NCBI GenBank assembly: GCA_039208735.1
Contig: JBCCQY010000172.1
Coordinates: 1-20,226 of the forward strand
Origin: Myxococcota bacterium
GTDB taxonomy: Bacteria; Myxococcota_A; UBA796; GCA-2862545
DNA length: 20,226 nt
Direction: 5' to 3'
Below, piece after piece: positions 16,512-20,226 of this stretch. The position numbers and the translations under genes were made by a program. Position 1 is the first letter of the stretch. Each line of letters starts with the position of its first letter. The notes beneath the pieces were generated by a model that worked only from the letters and a program-made list of their open reading frames with translations, was not told where the DNA came from and did not search any database.

Positions 16512-17483
16512 GTGAGAATTCTGGTCACTGGGGGAGCGGGCTTTGTCGGCTCGCACGTCACCGATGCCCTGCTGGATCGGGGGGACGAAGTCACGGTGCT
16601 GGATGCACTGAACCGGGGTGAGGGGCCTCCGGAACCGGAGAACTTGGAGCGGGCCCGCCAGCATGGTCGATGTTGCGTCCTGCATGGCGACATTCGCGAC
16701 CCCAAAGCGCTCGACGAATCTCTTCAAGGTGTCGATGCCGTGATTCATCTCGCCGCGCGCGCCGGAGTGCGGAGTTCACTGCGGTTTCCGGCTCTGTTTG
16801 CGGACATCAACCTCACGGGCACGGCGCAGCTGTTGCAAGCCATGAAACGGGCGTCGGTGCCCCAACTGGTGTTCGCAAGCTCCTCGTCCGTTTACGGCGC
16901 GACCGAGGGTCCGTGCCGTGAGGATGCTCCAGCGGACGTGCCCTTGAGTCCCTACGCGGCCACCAAGCGAGGGGGAGAACTGCTTTGCGCAGCATGGGCG
17001 GCGGCTGGTCCTCGCCATTTGACATCGCTGCGCTTCTTCACGGTCTACGGGCCACGTCAGCGCCGCTCCATGGCCATTGCGAGATTCATCCAGGCGGCCC
17101 GTCGCGACGAACCGCTCTCCATCTTCGGAGACGGTTCTTCGACTCGGGACTACACGTACGTCACGGACGTCGTGCGAGCCGTGCTCGCGGCGCTCGATCG
17201 GCCTCGTGGCGTTCAGGTCCTGAATGTCGGGAATGGACGACCGGTCCGACTCGATGCTCTGGTGGACTCGATCGCCCGCGTGACCGGCCGCCCGGTTCGG
17301 ATCGAACATCAGCCCGATCAGCTAGGCGATGTGCCTCATACCTGCGCGGATCCGACGCAGGCGTTCAAACAACTGGAGTGGAAGGGACGAATCACCCTCG
17401 AAGAGGGCCTTTCGCGCTACGTCGCATGGCTGAATCGGAGGCCTTCGGCACCCGCAATCAACCCGTCGAGCGGTTTGCATTGA
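16512..17483 (+). CDS. NAD-dependent nucleotide-sugar epimerase, UDP-glucuronate 4-epimerase-like
   Basis: TGGAGFVG, HLAARAGVRSS, ASSSSVYG, YAATK, LRFFTVYGP, RDYTYV, GDVPHT. Confidence 0.93.
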   Translation: MRILVTGGAGFVGSHVTDALLDRGDEVTVLDALNRGEGPPEPENLERARQHGRCCVLHGDIRDPKALDESLQGVDAVIHLAARAGVRSSLRFPALFADINLTGTAQLLQAMKRASVPQLVFASSSSVYGATEGPCREDAPADVPLSPYAATKRGGELLCAAWAAAGPRHLTSLRFFTVYGPRQRRSMAIARFIQAARRDEPLSIFGDGSSTRDYTYVTDVVRAVLAALDRPRGVQVLNVGNGRPVRLDALVDSIARVTGRPVRIEHQPDQLGDVPHTCADPTQAFKQLEWKGRITLEEGLSRYVAWLNRRPSAPAINPSSGLH

Positions 17484-17715
17484 AACGTCTGCCAACGACC
17501 CAAGATCTGCGTGGGGAGGTGCCGCATGTGGTGGATGTTGGACTCCGCAACCTGTAGCGGCGGAAGTCCACTCTTCGAAGCAGAACACTCCGCAACCCCA
17601 TCGCCCGACGCTGTCGAGTGCGGCCCCGAGGCTATCCCCGTGAGCGCACCGCAATCTGACGAGCGACGCCATCCAGCTCGGTGGTGAACGAAAGCAATCC
17701 CGTGGAAGACGGCCC

Positions 17716-18130
17716 ATGAATCCCGCTTTAACGGCTGACCCTCGAAGGGGGACGCGTGCTTTGGGGTTTCAATGGGTTTGGGTCTTCGGGTGTGCCGGTC
17801 CGTTGGACGATGCAAAAGAGAGCAACGTCTCGTGTGGCGGGGCGTTCGAGCAGGCAAGCGCGATGCTCAACGTGGCGGTGAAGGACGCTCAGCGGGACTG
17901 CTCGGTTGACACGGACTGCGTTCGAGTGGCGGTGGAGACCGCATGTTCGGGTTCGAGCTTGTACTATCTCAATCGGTCTGCGGTGACCGGCTTTCTCAAG
18001 GTCGTCGCACAACTCAAGGTTGGCCCCTGTAAAGCGTACGCAGCACTCGGATGCCCTGAGGTGGAGTCCGAGCCTCTCCCAACACGCTGGGCGAATGCGT
18101 GCGGGGCGTTTGTGAACCCGCCGAGAACGC
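17716..18130 (+). pseudogene. Cys-rich hypothetical lipoprotein, probably frameshifted near its 3' end
   Basis: VFGC lipobox-like, CSVDTDC...C...N, PC...GCP. A terminal LGECVRGVCEP lies in another frame after about 18080. Confidence 0.4.
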
Positions 18131-18151
18131 ACCTCATCACCAACTCGTTGA

Positions 18152-18860
18152 GGTGGCGCAAGGCGGAGATCCGCGCTTGGTTCGGTTCATGTTTGCGGAC
18201 CTTGTAGACCGTCAGATACGCACCTCCATCTTGATGGACAGAAACTGGTTGTCGATCGGTATGCGCAATTTGCCCAAAGCCACGAACACGTTGAAGCCCA
18301 GGTCCCAGCCGTACAGCTCGAGCGCATTGCAAAGCGACTGGTCGAGGGGCAATATTGGCTCTTCCAAGGGGAACGGTTCATCCCGGATGCTGCCACGACC
18401 ATCCTCCGCCTCACCCTCGATGAAGGGCGGAAAATCCAATGGATGTCGCAACGGCCCGAAATCGACAGCGACCCGAGACGGAAGAGCCTCCGACGATATT
18501 TTCTGGACATCGCGGAGCAGACATTGAAGACCCCCATCCGCGTCGAGCTTGTGTTGCACCAAGAGGGTGAGACCGAACTTGAGATGCGGATTCACAATCG
18601 ATCGACACAGCTCGTCAATCTCTCCCGCCTCATGGCGGGGGAGTGAGCTGCGCCTCGGAGATAAGTTGCAATGGGTCTGGGACGCCATGAAAGGGGACGG
18701 CATTCGCCCCCTCAACTGGGAAGCGCTTCCACCCGGAGTGTCGACGTCGATACGGTTTCCGTTCGACGCGCCATCCCACGTCGAGACATTGACGGTGGTG
18801 TCGCTCGTTGGGCCAGGCATCTCGTGTGAGACCCTGACCGTTGGCCCCTCTCGTAGGTAG
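18152..18860 (+). pseudogene. Degraded hypothetical gene
   Basis: The frame is open from 18152 to 18646 with no start before 18443 (CGPCRP...LHLDGQKLVV...ERFIPDAATTILRLTLDEG...). It continues in another frame after the G run at about 18637-18641 to TAG 18860. Confidence 0.35.
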
Positions 18861-19050
18861 CTCGCGCGTTGGGAGGCCCAGTGAGTGGCCTCATGAGTCC
18901 GCTGAGCATGCGCTGCCACGCGGTCTACGGCACGGCTGACCCGTGGTGACGTAGAGTCGCTGAAATCGACCGCGGCGCCACCCCAATCGAGAACGTTGGT
19001 TGACGACGTGGCTCGCTTCAGGTAGTCCACTTTCATTGGTCATATGACTA

Positions 19051-19067
19051 ATGAAAATGGTTTTCAA
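19051..19067 (+). promoter_or_regulatory. Fur box-like site
   Basis: ATGAAAATGGTTTTCAA is 16/17 to WTGAAAATNATTTTCAW and sits 21 bp before the lipoprotein start. Confidence 0.75.
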
Positions 19068-19088
19068 TTCTCCCCCCTGGAGGGCCGC

Positions 19089-20226
19089 TTGACCCTATTG
19101 AAAAGATTTCATCTCGCTTTCGGGCCGATCCTCTTCCTTGGGCAGACCGCGTGTTCGGACGAGCCCGGACCGACGCCACCGGCCGAAGCAGAAGGGCCAC
19201 GCTATGCGATTGGTTCCTCCGTTTTCAACGCTGACTTCACCAGTCAGGACTTCTTCGTCACCTTCGCCGACGAACTCGATGGGGGTGAGATCGATCTCGA
19301 GGGAGCAATCCCGTTCTCGGGTGGGGGTACGCTGTGGGGCGTCGCTGGTGCGGCCGAGTTCTATGTCGTGGGGGCAGAGCGGCAGACGGTCTCGAAGTTT
19401 GGTTTTGAAGATGGCGTTCCAGTGCCCCTTGGTGAGGTTGGCCTCGGAGGAGAGGGGGTGCGAACGCTTCTCGGCGAAGCCATGGTGTTTGATGGACCTG
19501 ACCGCGCCTACCTCGTCGATCCCCTCTCGGCGCAGGCGATCGAACTCGATTTGGCGGCCATGGAAGTCGTCCGATCGATCGACATCTCGAGTTGGTTGGA
19601 CTCAACCCAAGACACCTTCGTGGGCTTTCCTCCCGTTTTGCCCAGAGATGATGAGGTCGTGCTCTTCACCCATGCCAACGACTTCGTGGCAGACACGGTC
19701 TCTCTTGAACCCAGCAAGCTCGTGTTCTTCGATCCGTCGAATGGGGCATTTGAGACGGTCGATGCGCCCTGTGCGGGCCTACGCTACGCGACCACGCTCG
19801 ACAACGGAGACCTGCTCTTCAGTGCGGACCCGAGGGTGGCTTCCATTTGGGCCATCGATGACACTCGATCGCCCGCACCGTGCATGGTCCGCTTGGCAGC
19901 AGGGAGTCGAACGCCCGAGGTCGAGGCCGTCGATCTCACGAGTATCGCGGGGGGGCGGCCCGCCGGCGGTCTGGTGCCGACCGGCGACGATGGGCTTTAC
20001 CTTCGCGTTCTCGACACCGATCAGTTTCCGCTCGACGCTGGATTCACCGCGCGGGAGCTCTTTGGTCTTCCCGCATGGGAAACTTGGCAGATTAATCTTG
20101 CAAGCCCGAACGAAGCGGCACCGGTCGATCGACCCTTACTCCCGGGGGGAATTACGTTCTTCGACGTAGACGGGACGATCTACGAGAGCGTGGCCACCCC
20201 GGACTTCGCCTCGAGCACGCTCTTCC
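19089..20226 (+). CDS. MxcI-like (DUF4374-like) lipoprotein, paralogue 3; 3' end outside the window
   Basis: Missing from the ORF track. TTG 19089 follows GGAGG; MTLLKRFHLAFGPILFLGQTACSDEP...PRYAIG...VFDGPDRAYL...APCAG...NGDLLFSADP...APCMVRL...LPGGITFF, open to the edge. Confidence 0.88.
   Translation, partial: MTLLKRFHLAFGPILFLGQTACSDEPGPTPPAEAEGPRYAIGSSVFNADFTSQDFFVTFADELDGGEIDLEGAIPFSGGGTLWGVAGAAEFYVVGAERQTVSKFGFEDGVPVPLGEVGLGGEGVRTLLGEAMVFDGPDRAYLVDPLSAQAIELDLAAMEVVRSIDISSWLDSTQDTFVGFPPVLPRDDEVVLFTHANDFVADTVSLEPSKLVFFDPSNGAFETVDAPCAGLRYATTLDNGDLLFSADPRVASIWAIDDTRSPAPCMVRLAAGSRTPEVEAVDLTSIAGGRPAGGLVPTGDDGLYLRVLDTDQFPLDAGFTARELFGLPAWETWQINLASPNEAAPVDRPLLPGGITFFDVDGTIYESVATPDFASSTLF

Noticed and set aside
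17484..17715. Cobalamin riboswitch or other ncRNA here or in other gaps
   Set aside because: Only a weak hairpin (TGGACTCCG/CGGAAGTCCA); I found no B12-box by eye in any intergenic region. An Rfam search would settle it.
19138..20169. 343-aa plus-strand ORF
   Set aside because: Wrong frame; the frame from TTG 19089 matches the paralogous lipoprotein.

Overview
GC-rich bacterial DNA, most likely Myxococcota, judging by Myxococcus-type Cys-rich repeats, FG-GAP repeats and MxcI-like lipoproteins. The two strongest signals are not shown as such in the ORF track. (1) A minus-strand ORF from 1958 runs off the left edge. It fuses a reductive dehalogenase/QueG-superfamily domain (cobalamin, two [4Fe-4S]) in frame to an FprA/adrenodoxin-reductase-type flavoprotein. 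It is divergent from a 7Fe ferredoxin and a TetR gene, with three tandem operator-like palindromes between them. (2) A thioredoxin-fold redoxin has an in-frame TGA in a W-U-x-x-C motif, followed by a SECIS-like hairpin, so it is a probable selenoprotein. Its 5' end is joined to a broken TIR-like gene. The rest of the window holds three paralogous MxcI-like lipoproteins, an imelysin, three deltaproteobacterial-type Fur boxes, a second TetR, and a surface-glycan group (Gly-Ser-tailed lipoprotein, FAD oxidoreductase, GT-C/YfhO-like membrane protein, NDP-sugar epimerase). There is also decayed DNA: an IS91/ISCR remnant, a possible serine recombinase fragment, and an FG-GAP pseudogene carrying a 99-bp palindromic insertion with a 9-bp duplication. 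All family calls come from recognising motifs by eye; no database search was run.
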